Below, in pieces: positions 53,627 through 63,015 of a DNA stretch of 64,000 bases. Location: the NCBI GenBank assembly GCA_040290255.1, contig PSMU01000002.1, positions 64,001-128,000 on the forward strand, written 5' to 3'. Each line of letters begins with the position of its first letter. Within the stretch, counting starts at the first letter, position 1. The position numbers and the translations under genes are program-made. Origin of the DNA: Nitrososphaerota archaeon (GTDB lineage Archaea > Thermoproteota > Nitrososphaeria > PSMU01). A model generated the notes under the pieces. The model searched no databases and was not told the origin of the DNA. It saw only the letters and a list, made by a program, of their open reading frames with translations.

Positions 53627-54898
53627 TTGACGAACGCCATGAGGCCCGGCGCCCTGCTCTTCCTCGGCGCTCTTCTGCTCATGGCGACGGCGCCGTTTAT
53701 CGCACATATAGCTTCGGGCCAACAGGCAGGCGTGCTCATCGTGCGCTTCGACGTGCCCGTGGACCCCGGCTCCTCGACCATGATGGCCAGGGCCGTGGGC
53801 ATGGCCAAGGACATGGGCGCCAAGGCCCTGGTCATAGTCCTGAACACGCCGGGCGGCCTGATGGCGGACATGCAGAAGATCATCGCCTCCATAGCCGACG
53901 CCGAGGCAGCAGGCATACGGGTCTACTCGTACGTGGAACCCAATGGCCTTGCGGCCTCGGCGGGCAGCTACATAGCGATGGCCACGGCCAAGATCATTAT
54001 GGGCCCCGGCTCCGTGATCGGGCCCTCCACGCCCATCGTGGTCGGCGGAACCGAGCTGGAGCAGAACCATACGGCATCGGCGGCGCTGCAGCTCATGGTG
54101 AGCTTGGCGCAGAGGTGGGGCAGGAACACCACGGCCGTCTACTATATGGTGGCCGCCAACAGGGCCTATTCGGCCGAGGAGGCGGTCCGCCTGCACGTGG
54201 CCGATGCGCTCAGCCCCTCCCTAGGGGCGGCGTTGGCCTACCTAAACCTCACTGGCCTATCAAGGGCGCAAGTTGCCGAGAGCCCCTATGAGCAGCTGCT
54301 CAGCCTGCTGAGCAACCCGCTGGTGGCGGGCCTAATGATGCTGCTGGGCACGCTGGCCCTCGTGCTCGACCTCTATCACCCCACCCTGCTGCTATCGCTG
54401 GTGGGCGGCATCGCCATCGTGGCGGGCCTGGTGGGCGCCGAGCTCATTCACGCCTCCGCCCTGGGCCTGGCGCTGCTGCTGGCCGCCGCGACGTTGATCT
54501 TCCTAGAACTGAAGCTGGGGCACGGGCTGGCCGTTATGGGGGGCATCGCGCTCGGGGCGCTGGGGATCTACCTCTTGGCCAGCGGAGTTCCCTACTCTCC
54601 CTCCCCCATAACGGGCTTCACGCAGGTGGCCCTCGTGGGCGTCGTGGCGCTGGGCATCATGCTGGGGCTCTATGTGCGCTGGGTCTTGGCCCCGCTCAGG
54701 AGAAGGAGGGCCTTGGCCGGTGCGGAGGCGCTCATAGGCAAGGAGGGCATAGCCATTACGCCGCTCAGGCCTGATGGGGAGGTGAGGGTGGAGGGCGTGG
54801 TATGGCAGGCCACGAGCGTGAGCGGCGAGATCGAGCAGGGCAGGAAGGTCAGGGTAAAGGAGATCAGGGGCGTAAGGCTCCTCGTGGAGCGGGCCTAG
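53627..54898 (+). CDS. nfeD: NfeD-family membrane serine protease (stomatin operon partner)
   Basis: LNTPGG, AASAG, MGPGSVIG, a TM region and a C-terminal OB fold. Confidence 0.9.
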   Translation: MTNAMRPGALLFLGALLLMATAPFIAHIASGQQAGVLIVRFDVPVDPGSSTMMARAVGMAKDMGAKALVIVLNTPGGLMADMQKIIASIADAEAAGIRVYSYVEPNGLAASAGSYIAMATAKIIMGPGSVIGPSTPIVVGGTELEQNHTASAALQLMVSLAQRWGRNTTAVYYMVAANRAYSAEEAVRLHVADALSPSLGAALAYLNLTGLSRAQVAESPYEQLLSLLSNPLVAGLMMLLGTLALVLDLYHPTLLLSLVGGIAIVAGLVGAELIHASALGLALLLAAATLIFLELKLGHGLAVMGGIALGALGIYLLASGVPYSPSPITGFTQVALVGVVALGIMLGLYVRWVLAPLRRRRALAGAEALIGKEGIAITPLRPDGEVRVEGVVWQATSVSGEIEQGRKVRVKEIRGVRLLVERA

Positions 54899-54940
54899 AA
54901 AGCCTTATTAGCTTCGGCGCGCTAACTACATCGAAAGAGC

Positions 54941-55780
54941 TTGGTGGATCCCTTTGTGCTGGGCGCCGAGATCTTCATAGGCCTCATCGTGGTATCGATC
55001 CTGCTCAGCGGCATCAAGGTGCTGAAGGAGTGGGAGAGGGCGCCCCTCCTGATCCTGGGCCGCTATAGGGGGCTCAAGGGGCCGGGCATAATCTACGTGC
55101 CGCCCTTCGTGGGCAGGGTGCCCTTCGTCATCTCGACGAGGTTGCAGGTCGTCTCCTTCCGCACGGAGCGCACGCTCACGCGTGACAACGTGCCCGTGGT
55201 GGTGGATGCGGTCATGTACTTTCAGCCCGTCGACTTGGAGAAGGTGGTGCTGAACGTGGAGGACTACATCACCGCCACGCAGCTGGCGGCGCAGACGACG
55301 CTGAGGGAGGTCATAGGCCAGACGACCTTCGATGAGCTGCTGACGGAAAGGGAAAAGATAGGCTCCATCGCCAGGAAGATCATCGATGACAAGACGGAAG
55401 CATGGGGCGTAAAGGTTACGTCCGTGGAGATAAAGGACGTGGTGATACCGGCCGAGCTCCAGGAGGCCATGTCCAGGCAGGCGCAGGCCGAGAGGGAGAG
55501 GAGGGCAAGGGTCACGCTGGCCCTCGCGGAGTTTGAGGCGGCGCAAAAGATGGTGGAGGCGGCCAACCTTTACGCGAATAACGTGAGGGCCTTCGAGCTA
55601 AGGTGGATGAACATAGTCTATGAGCTGGGGCTTCAGGGCAAGAACGCCCTGATCCTCGTGCCCACCAACATGCCCACGGTGGGGCCGAGCCTGTCCACGC
55701 TGGGGCTCTTGGGCCTTAGGCAGGGCGAGCTTAAGCCGGGCGAGGGCGAGAAGAGGGCCGAAGGCGAGGGGACAGGCTAG
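54941..55780 (+). CDS. Stomatin/SPFH (slipin) protein
   Basis: KEWER, TRDNV.V.VDAV, AQTTLR and QAQAERERRA. Confidence 0.93.
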   Translation: MVDPFVLGAEIFIGLIVVSILLSGIKVLKEWERAPLLILGRYRGLKGPGIIYVPPFVGRVPFVISTRLQVVSFRTERTLTRDNVPVVVDAVMYFQPVDLEKVVLNVEDYITATQLAAQTTLREVIGQTTFDELLTEREKIGSIARKIIDDKTEAWGVKVTSVEIKDVVIPAELQEAMSRQAQAERERRARVTLALAEFEAAQKMVEAANLYANNVRAFELRWMNIVYELGLQGKNALILVPTNMPTVGPSLSTLGLLGLRQGELKPGEGEKRAEGEGTG

Positions 55781-56645
55781 CGAGAAGCGCGCCCGCAACC
55801 ACGAGCGCCCCGCCAACCGCTTCGTTTTGAGCCACTGGCTCGCCCAGCAGCACCATGTCCAGGAGGGGCGCAAAGACGGGTATGAGGTTGGAGAAGGGGG
55901 CGGCCACGTTGGGCCCCACGGCCTCGACCGCTATGTACCAGGCCGCGAAGGCCAGCGCGGCCGCGATGAAGGAGGCGTAGGCCAAAAGGAGCCAGTCCCT
56001 AGGCCTTAGGGCATAGTTCGCCCCCAGCGCCAGCTCCAGCGCGCTGCCCGCCAGGCCCACCGGAAGCGAATATAGCGAGGCCATGAACGTCGCCTGGACG
56101 GGCCCCAGCTGATACCTCTTCATGGCCCATCTGCCCAGCACGGTATACAGCGACCAGCCGAGCGTGGCCAGGAGCGCGTACATATCTCCCACCGATATCG
56201 CCAGGGCCGGGGAGGGCGTGCCCACGATGACCACGATGCCCACGAGGGAGAGCAGGATGCCCAACGCGTTAGAAGGGGAGGGCCTTTCCTTGAGAAGGAG
56301 CGCGCTGAGCAGGGAGAGCAGCGCGGGCGTGAAGCCGTAAATGAGCCCCGACCTAGCGGCCGTGACCTTGGCGAGCGAAAGGTAGAGCACGGCCGTGAAG
56401 CCGTACGTGCCCGTGAGCGAGAGCGCCAGGCCCAAGGGCCATCGCCTAAGTACAGCCCGCTCGTTCTCCTGAGACTTAGAGCGGCTCCAGCCGTACAGGA
56501 GGGGCGTCGCCAGCAGCCAGCGCAGGAAGGAGAGCGTGAAGGGAGGGAGGTCCAGAACAAGCACGCGCCCCGCGAGGAGATGAAGGCTCCAGGCCAGATG
56601 GACCAGCACGAGCAGCGTAAGCGCTAGGCCTCTCGAGACGGGCAT
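55731..56645 (-). CDS. EamA/DMT family transporter
   Basis: About 10 TM segments, LSFLRW, LLKER and NLIPVFA. Confidence 0.88.
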   Translation of the reverse strand: MPVSRGLALTLLVLVHLAWSLHLLAGRVLVLDLPPFTLSFLRWLLATPLLYGWSRSKSQENERAVLRRWPLGLALSLTGTYGFTAVLYLSLAKVTAARSGLIYGFTPALLSLLSALLLKERPSPSNALGILLSLVGIVVIVGTPSPALAISVGDMYALLATLGWSLYTVLGRWAMKRYQLGPVQATFMASLYSLPVGLAGSALELALGANYALRPRDWLLLAYASFIAAALAFAAWYIAVEAVGPNVAAPFSNLIPVFAPLLDMVLLGEPVAQNEAVGGALVVAGALLASLSPRLRPSSRPRPA

Positions 56646-56685
56646 CCGCTAGCCCCCCGAGGAGCCCATAAAAAAGTAAGGCTCG

Positions 56686-57345
56686 TCAGAACTTGGCAGG
56701 AAACTGGGCGACGATGCCGCTCGCAAGCGTGTCGGCTATGGCCCTCGCGTTTTGTAGCATCTGGCCCCAGACCGTGGCATCACGGGCCCAATCGGAAGCC
56801 GTTATCGCATCGATCTGGGCCTTGTGAAGGCCCACGTGCCCCGCCAGGGCCGCCGAGACGGCCTGCCTGGGCCAGTTGGGGTTGGCCTGGCTGAGGAAGG
56901 AGGCTATGGCATCCGCGTTCGCCGTCATCCGTTGCACGGCCTGGCTTTGGCCCGTGGAATTTCCCGTCAGGGCCGCGACGGCATAGGCCACGACGAACTT
57001 GATATGGTCCCTCAGCAGGGAGAGGGCCTGCGCGCCCGCTCCTGGATAAAACTGGTCCAGGGCGCTCGCGAGCTGCTGGGCATTCGCGTCGAGCTGCTGG
57101 GCGGCCTGGTCGAAGGCTGGGCTATTTGCGGTCTTTGCCGCCAGCACCGCCTCCCTGGCCCAGAAGGCGTGGTCGACCCAGAGCTCCCTCAGCGTGAGCC
57201 TCAGCTGAATGGCCCTCTCTGAGGGCGCCTTGGGCGCTGCGGCCGCGCCCAGAGGATAGGCGATGGCCCCTCCTATGATGAGCCCGAGCACGAGCCCCGC
57301 CACAAGCCAGACCTGGCTCCTGCCGCGCGCCTGTTGGGAGGACAT
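56686..57345 (-). CDS. Membrane-anchored/secreted helical-bundle protein with conserved His (LWxDH...QFP..F family)
   Basis: Likely start ATG 57345 after TTATAA. N-terminal TM followed by LRELWVDH, LLRDHI, NADAIASFLSQANP, LAGHVGLH and GIVAQFPAKF. Confidence 0.75.
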   Translation of the reverse strand: MSSQQARGRSQVWLVAGLVLGLIIGGAIAYPLGAAAAPKAPSERAIQLRLTLRELWVDHAFWAREAVLAAKTANSPAFDQAAQQLDANAQQLASALDQFYPGAGAQALSLLRDHIKFVVAYAVAALTGNSTGQSQAVQRMTANADAIASFLSQANPNWPRQAVSAALAGHVGLHKAQIDAITASDWARDATVWGQMLQNARAIADTLASGIVAQFPAKF

Positions 57346-57385
57346 CGGCGCACCCTGGCACCGGGCTATTATAAAGTTTAATTTT

Positions 57386-57406
57386 TGAGAATAAAATCCC
57401 TTCTCA
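57386..57406. promoter_or_regulatory. Inverted-repeat operator TGAGAA-N9-TTCTCA between divergent promoters
   Basis: Read directly, in an AT-rich spacer with TATA-like elements on both strands. Confidence 0.55.
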
Positions 57407-57475
57407 TGGGGTTGCCCGATTGTCAGCGAATAGATGTACAAATAGGCTTTTATTCTTGCCGCATGCGGGCCCGGC

Positions 57476-58072
57476 ATGCCCCTGGCCGCGCCGCTGAAGA
57501 GGGTCAAGACGAAGCTTCTCTCGCTGCTCCTGCTGAACGCCAGCAGCGCCCAGGAGCTCTCCCAGAAGCTCAGGCTGAACAAGACCGCCGTCCGGCGCCA
57601 CCTAGAGGAGATGACGGCCCTCTCGCTGCTGGGCTACAGGTTTGAGAGGAGGGGAAGGGGGAGGCCTAGGAAGGTCTATTACGCCACGCCTCTGGGGAGG
57701 GAATTCCTCTTCGATGCCTATCCCCTCCTGCTCGCGCAGCTCTCCGAGGTGCTGAAGAAGGCGGGGCCGGGAGAGGCGACCTCGCTCTTCTCCCAGCTAG
57801 GAGCGGCGCTGGCCAAGGAGGCCAGCAGGAGGGGAGGCGGCCTAGAGGCCCTGAAGGAGCTGGGCTTCATATCGCGCGAGGAGAGGCAAGACGGAACGCG
57901 AGCGATAATCACCTTCAACTGTCCGGTGCTCAGGGTGGCGCAGGCTCACCCCGAGCTATTCTGCGATGCCCTGCACAGCGCCCTGCTGGGCACCCTTCTG
58001 GGGACAAGGGCCAGGATGAGGAAGACGATGGCGCTAGGGGCCCCGGCCTGCTTCCACGAGCTCAGCGCATGA
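57476..58072 (+). CDS. ArsR/SufR-like wHTH transcriptional regulator with Cys cluster
   Basis: SAQELSQKL..NKTAVRRHL, GRGRP..VY and C-terminal NCP...FC...AC. Confidence 0.82.
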   Translation: MPLAAPLKRVKTKLLSLLLLNASSAQELSQKLRLNKTAVRRHLEEMTALSLLGYRFERRGRGRPRKVYYATPLGREFLFDAYPLLLAQLSEVLKKAGPGEATSLFSQLGAALAKEASRRGGGLEALKELGFISREERQDGTRAIITFNCPVLRVAQAHPELFCDALHSALLGTLLGTRARMRKTMALGAPACFHELSA

Positions 58073-58116
58073 TGTCGAAAGCGCTATAAGCCCCTCTTGC
58101 GCCTTTTCGCCGACAA

Positions 58117-59055
58117 ATGGAGAAGCTGGCGGGGGAATGGGCGTGGAGCACGGAGCCCATCATCCTCCCCCTCGCCTATGACGCAAGGGAGTGGGGCGCG
58201 GCCTACCTGGCTCTATACCTCAGCGAATGCACGGGCGCCCCGCTGCACGCGCTACACGTATGGTTTCCTGGCCTGAAGGAGGATGAGGCCTTCCTGCATA
58301 GGGTCCGGGCCCGTGCGCAGCGGCTGGGCATAAGCCTGGAGGTGAAGGAGCTGGAGGGCCGCTCTCCCAACAAGAGGCAGATAGCGAGGCAGATAGTGCT
58401 TTACGCCTCGCAGGTGGGCGCGCAGGCCATCATAATGGCCGGGCACAAGGAGGGCGTGCTGACCCACCTGCTCGGGCGCGTGTCCGATACCGTTGCGAAG
58501 CTGGCCGAGTGCCGCGTGCTGATAGCCGAGAGCAGGACGATGGCGGAGGAGAAACTGGCCAGCCCTAGGAGGCTGCTCGTGGCCTACACAAAGGCGCCGC
58601 TGGACCCAGAGCCGCTCATCGTGGCCGCCGCCATGACCAGCAGCGCCTGGTCGCCAGGGCTCGAAATATGGGCCGTCAGGTTTGTGAAGGTGCCTCCTAC
58701 CGTGCCCCTGGATTCCGAGGAGCTAAGGAGGGCGCTGAGGGGCCTGGAAAAGGACTTCAACGCGTGGATCTCGGAGGCCACCAGGGCCCTGGGGAGGGTG
58801 ATCATTCCTCATGTACAGCCCGTGAGGGAGCTGGGAGCAGACATCGCGAGCTATGCGAGGGATCAGGGCATGGACATGATCCTCCTTCCCTGGGGCAGGC
58901 CGAGCAGGCTAAGGGCCCTGGGCCGGCCGGATGACGTTCAGCTGGTGGAGAGGGCGCCTTGCCCCGTTGCCCTTGTCTTCGGGCCCAAGCGGAGGGGACT
59001 TTCGCAGGAGGTGCGAGGCCCCGCCCTGCTTCAGCCCTGGACGCTGAAGGCCTGA
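58117..59055 (+). CDS. Tandem universal stress protein (Usp)
   Basis: AIIMAG...LLGRVSDTVAKLAECRVLI and DMILL...LVERAPCPVALV. Confidence 0.8.
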   Translation: MEKLAGEWAWSTEPIILPLAYDAREWGAAYLALYLSECTGAPLHALHVWFPGLKEDEAFLHRVRARAQRLGISLEVKELEGRSPNKRQIARQIVLYASQVGAQAIIMAGHKEGVLTHLLGRVSDTVAKLAECRVLIAESRTMAEEKLASPRRLLVAYTKAPLDPEPLIVAAAMTSSAWSPGLEIWAVRFVKVPPTVPLDSEELRRALRGLEKDFNAWISEATRALGRVIIPHVQPVRELGADIASYARDQGMDMILLPWGRPSRLRALGRPDDVQLVERAPCPVALVFGPKRRGLSQEVRGPALLQPWTLKA

Positions 59056-59096
59056 AGCGGTAACGCATAATAACGGGCCCCCCTGCCTTATCCAGC

Positions 59097-61181
59097 TTGT
59101 CCTCCGCCGAACATGAGCCCAACGCGCTGATATCCGAGGCGAGCCCGTATTTGAGGCAGCATTCGCTGGACCTAGTTCGGTGGCTGCCCTGGGGCGAAGA
59201 GGCGCTGAGGAGGGCTAGGGAGGAGGATAAGCCCATTTTCCTCAGCATAGGCTACTCGAGCTGCCATTGGTGCCATGTGATGCAGGAGGAGAGTTTCAAC
59301 AACCCTGAGATAGCGGCCATCCTCAACAGGCACTTCATCCCTGTCCTGGTGGACCGAGAGGAGAGGCCGGAGCTGGACGAGCTGTACATGGCGGCCGTGC
59401 AGCTGATGACGGGGCAGGGGGGCTGGCCGCTCACCGTCCTCCTAACGCCCGAGCTTGAGCCCTTCTTCGGGGGGACATATTTCCCTCCGGAGCCAAGACA
59501 GGGGCTGCCATCGCTCAAGCAGGTCCTTCTGGCCGTGCTCGAGGTCTGGCGGAACAAGAGGGCGCAGCTGAAGGAGTCGGCGAAGGAGTTGCTGGCAGGC
59601 ATTAGGCAGCTCTATTCTACCTCACCCGCCGAGCTCGAGCAGGGGCCGGAGGTCGTGCGCTCGGCGCTCGACGAGCTGGTGATGCTCTTCGATGAGAAAA
59701 ACGGCGGCTTTGGCGAGGCGCCGAAGTTCCCCATGCCGGGGCACCTGCTCTTCCTGCTGCGCATCCACGGCCTTACAAAGGAGCCCATCGCCCTCAGGAT
59801 GGCCCATAAGACGCTGCTGAGCATGGCCAGGGGCGGGATTCACGACCAGCTGGCCGGCGGCTTTCACAGGTATTCCACGGACAGGGCCTGGCTCCTGCCT
59901 CACTTTGAGAAGATGCTGGCCGACAACGCGCTCTTGGCCAGGGCCTACTTGGAGGGCTATCAGCTCACGAGCGATGAGGCCCTGAGGGATGTTGCTGAGA
60001 GGACGCTCGGTTGGGCGCTCAGGGAGATGAGGGTGGAGGGCGCCTTCGCCAGCGCGCTGGATGCGGACAGCGAGGGCGAGGAGGGAAAGTACTACCTGTG
60101 GAGCAGCTCCGAGGTGGAGCGGGAGCTGGGCCAGGAGCTCGCCCGGGTGGCCCGCAGCGCCTTCGGCATCACCACATCAGGAAATGTGGGCAACGGACTC
60201 AACGTCCTGTACCTGGCCACCGCGCCCGAGCAACTCGCCCAGCAGCTGGGCATGAGCGTCGAGCAGGCCTATGTCGCGATGGAGGAGGCGAGGGAGCGCC
60301 TGCTCAGCGCAAGGGAAAGGAGGCCCAGGCCCTTCAGGGATGATAAGGTCGTGGCGGCCTACAACGGGCTCATGATTTCGGCCCTGGCCTATGCCTATCA
60401 GGTACTGGGCAAGGAGCGCTATCGCGAAGCGGCCGAGCAGGCGGCGCGCTATGTGCTCTCCAAGTTGTGGAAAGGAGGCCAGCTGCATAGGTGCTATGCC
60501 GCGGGCAGGGCGACGGGCTTTGGCGTCCTCGAGGACTACGCCTTCTTAACGCGAGGGCTCATAGACCTCTATGAGGCCACGCTGGAAGAAACATGGCTGG
60601 ACAGCGCGATCGAGCTGCACCAGAGCGCCGTTCAGCTCTTCCATGATGAACAAGGCGGCGGATTCTTCTACGCCCAGCGCAGGGCCAACCTGCCGCTTCC
60701 CGGCCTCAAGAGCGCCTACGACGGCGCGCTGCCCTCGGGCAATTCCTATGCGCTGGGGAACGCGCTGTACCTGGCCGAGCTGCTGGGAGACCAGGCCCAG
60801 CGCGAAGTGGCCCGCAGGACCGCTAGAGCCTTCTGGGGCCAGGTCAGGGCCAGGCCCAGCTCCTTCACCTTCCTGCTGTGCTCGCTGCTGCTCGAGCTCT
60901 ACCCCGCGCAGCAGGTGGTGCTAGCCGCCGGAAGCCATGATGAGGCGCGGGAGCTCCTCAGGGAGGTCCACCGCGCCTACCTCCCGAACCGCGTCCTGGC
61001 AGCTACTTGGCTGAAGGGGTCGCCCGTCGCCAAGTCGCCGCTCGTAAGGGATAAGATGCCAATCCAGGGAAGGCCCACGGCCTACGTCTGCAGCAACTAC
61101 GCCTGCAGGGAACCCTCCTTAGAGCCCGAGCACCTGAGGCGCATGCTCGCCGAGGCGGCGGGCGCGCGAGGGCACCCTTGA
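59097..61181 (+). CDS. Thioredoxin-domain protein, YyaL/SSP411 (DUF255) family
   Basis: SPYLRQH, GYSSCHWCHVM, GGWPL, PHFEKML, DADSEG and DDKV. Confidence 0.93.
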   Translation: MSSAEHEPNALISEASPYLRQHSLDLVRWLPWGEEALRRAREEDKPIFLSIGYSSCHWCHVMQEESFNNPEIAAILNRHFIPVLVDREERPELDELYMAAVQLMTGQGGWPLTVLLTPELEPFFGGTYFPPEPRQGLPSLKQVLLAVLEVWRNKRAQLKESAKELLAGIRQLYSTSPAELEQGPEVVRSALDELVMLFDEKNGGFGEAPKFPMPGHLLFLLRIHGLTKEPIALRMAHKTLLSMARGGIHDQLAGGFHRYSTDRAWLLPHFEKMLADNALLARAYLEGYQLTSDEALRDVAERTLGWALREMRVEGAFASALDADSEGEEGKYYLWSSSEVERELGQELARVARSAFGITTSGNVGNGLNVLYLATAPEQLAQQLGMSVEQAYVAMEEARERLLSARERRPRPFRDDKVVAAYNGLMISALAYAYQVLGKERYREAAEQAARYVLSKLWKGGQLHRCYAAGRATGFGVLEDYAFLTRGLIDLYEATLEETWLDSAIELHQSAVQLFHDEQGGGFFYAQRRANLPLPGLKSAYDGALPSGNSYALGNALYLAELLGDQAQREVARRTARAFWGQVRARPSSFTFLLCSLLLELYPAQQVVLAAGSHDEARELLREVHRAYLPNRVLAATWLKGSPVAKSPLVRDKMPIQGRPTAYVCSNYACREPSLEPEHLRRMLAEAAGARGHP

Positions 61182-61504
61182 AGGCTTCGCGGCCGCCCCT
61201 CTGGTCCTGCGAGCAGTGCGGACAGCTGATCTACACCGCCGAAGAAAAGTATCAGCATGAGAAGGGCAGCGGCCACATGGTGAGCCGCCTGCCGGCCTGG
61301 AGGGTGCTCGCCCTCTCCATGGAGGGAAGGGCCCTGGAGCTGGCCAAGCAGGTGGCCGAGAGGAAAGGGCTTAGCTTGGAGGCCTACCTGGAGGACGTGC
61401 AGCGCAGGGCGAGCAGGCAGGCGGTGGATAAGCTGGCCGCGGCGAGGGTCATCTGGCTGGACGCCATGAAGCTGGGCCTGGTCACGGGCCCCCGCCAAGG
61501 TTGA
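61178..61504 (+). CDS. Small protein with C2H2-type zinc finger
   Basis: CEQC-x12-H-x5-H; TTGA overlap with the upstream gene. Confidence 0.6.
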   Translation: MKASRPPLWSCEQCGQLIYTAEEKYQHEKGSGHMVSRLPAWRVLALSMEGRALELAKQVAERKGLSLEAYLEDVQRRASRQAVDKLAAARVIWLDAMKLGLVTGPRQG

Positions 61505-62939
61505 TCGAGATCAGCTTGGGCTCGGTGAGGTGGTAGATGGTGCTACGCACCCCCTCACGCCCGCCCAGCCCGCTCTTCTTCGCTCCGCCGAAGGGCAGCG
61601 CATCCCATCTCAGGCGGGTGCTATCATTGATCATCACGGCCCCCACCCTCAGCGCCGCGGCGAGCCGCAGGGCCTTTCTTATATCGGCGGTGAAGATGGC
61701 CGCCTGCAGGCCATATTCGGACTGCCCCGCCAGCGCCAGGGCCTCGTCCTCGCTCGAGAAGGATGTCAGGGGAGCCAGGGGGCCGAAGACCTCCTCCTTC
61801 ATCGCCCGGGCCTCGCCCGGCACGTCGGTGAGCACGGTGGGGGCGAAGTAGAACCCGCGCCCTTCAAGCCTACCTCCTCCGGCCGCCAGGCGCGCCCCCT
61901 TGGCCAGGGCATCGGAGAGATAGTCCTCTAGGCTCGCCAGGGCCTCCCTTGAGATGAGGGGGCCTACCTCGCTCATCTCATCCAGCGGGTCGCCGACCCT
62001 GAGCGCCCTCGCCCTCTCGGCGTATGCGGAGCTGAACCTCGCGTAGAGGGCCTCATGAACCAGGATCCTCTTGCCGGCGTTGCAGTTCTGGCCCGCATAC
62101 TCGAACCTCGCCCTTACGGCCGTGCTCACCGCCTTCTCAAGGTCGGCATCGGGAAGGATGATAATGGGGTCGGAGCCGCCGAGCTCCATCAGCAGGCGCT
62201 TTCCCCTCAGCGCCGCCCTGGAGGCGAGCTGCAGCCCCACGGCCGTCGAACCCGTGAAAGTAATGGCATCCACGGCGTCGGAGGCGAGCAGTTCCTCGCC
62301 CACCTCGCCTCCCCTGCCGGGCAGGACGCTCAATACCCCCCGAGGTAGCCCGGCTTCGTACAGCAGCGCCCCCAGCTCGAGCGCAGTCAGCGGCGTGGCC
62401 GAGGCCGGCTTCACGAGAACCGCGTTGCCCGCCGCCAGGGTCGGGGCCACCTTATGCGCGAAGCTGTTTGCCGGGAAGTTGAAGGGCAGGATCGCGGCCA
62501 CCACGCCCAGGGGCTCCCTCAGCTCCATCACGAACCTCTGCTCGTTGCCAGGGGGATACTCGTAGGCATCCACCCTGTGCACCTTCCCCTCTAGGACGAA
62601 CCTCGCCTCCTCGGCCGAGAGCCTGAAGACCGAGACAGCCCTCAGCACCTCGACGCGGGCATCCCTGATGGGCTTTCCTGCTTCAAGGGCCAGGAGCCGC
62701 GCGAGCTCCTCGGCCCTGGCCTCGACCAGCGCCGCGGTCCTGACCAGCACCTTGGCCCTTTCGCGCAAGGGAAGCGCCGCCCAGGTGACCTGTGCGCGCC
62801 GGGCCGCCTCTGCCGCCTCGCGTACTTCCTCCCTGCCGGCCGCCGCGACCCTCTCTAGCTCCTCCCCCGTGCTGGGGTTGATGACGGTAAGGCTCCTCTC
62901 GCCGGTGCGGCGCTCGCCCGCCAGCAGCAAGGCCCTCAT
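61482..62939 (-). CDS. NAD(P)-dependent aldehyde dehydrogenase
   Basis: PFNFP, FTGS, MELGG, catalytic Cys in GQNCNA, EEVFGP and PFGG. Confidence 0.94.
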   Translation of the reverse strand: MRALLLAGERRTGERSLTVINPSTGEELERVAAAGREEVREAAEAARRAQVTWAALPLRERAKVLVRTAALVEARAEELARLLALEAGKPIRDARVEVLRAVSVFRLSAEEARFVLEGKVHRVDAYEYPPGNEQRFVMELREPLGVVAAILPFNFPANSFAHKVAPTLAAGNAVLVKPASATPLTALELGALLYEAGLPRGVLSVLPGRGGEVGEELLASDAVDAITFTGSTAVGLQLASRAALRGKRLLMELGGSDPIIILPDADLEKAVSTAVRARFEYAGQNCNAGKRILVHEALYARFSSAYAERARALRVGDPLDEMSEVGPLISREALASLEDYLSDALAKGARLAAGGGRLEGRGFYFAPTVLTDVPGEARAMKEEVFGPLAPLTSFSSEDEALALAGQSEYGLQAAIFTADIRKALRLAAALRVGAVMINDSTRLRWDALPFGGAKKSGLGGREGVRSTIYHLTEPKLISINLGGGP

Positions 62940-63015
62940 GCTTCCACTTCACCCGGCCCGGCATATAGGCTTGGCGCCCTACAAAGCTCTTAAAGGGCCG
63001 CGTGCCAAATCGGGC

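Noticed and set aside
53627-55780. nfeD-stomatin pair as a novel system
   Set aside because: Well-known conserved prokaryotic operon.
57346-57582. Extended N-terminus of the His-bundle ORF (similarly 45125-45277 and 62668-63015)
   Set aside because: The extensions cross promoters or divergent genes; downstream ATGs fit TATA spacing.
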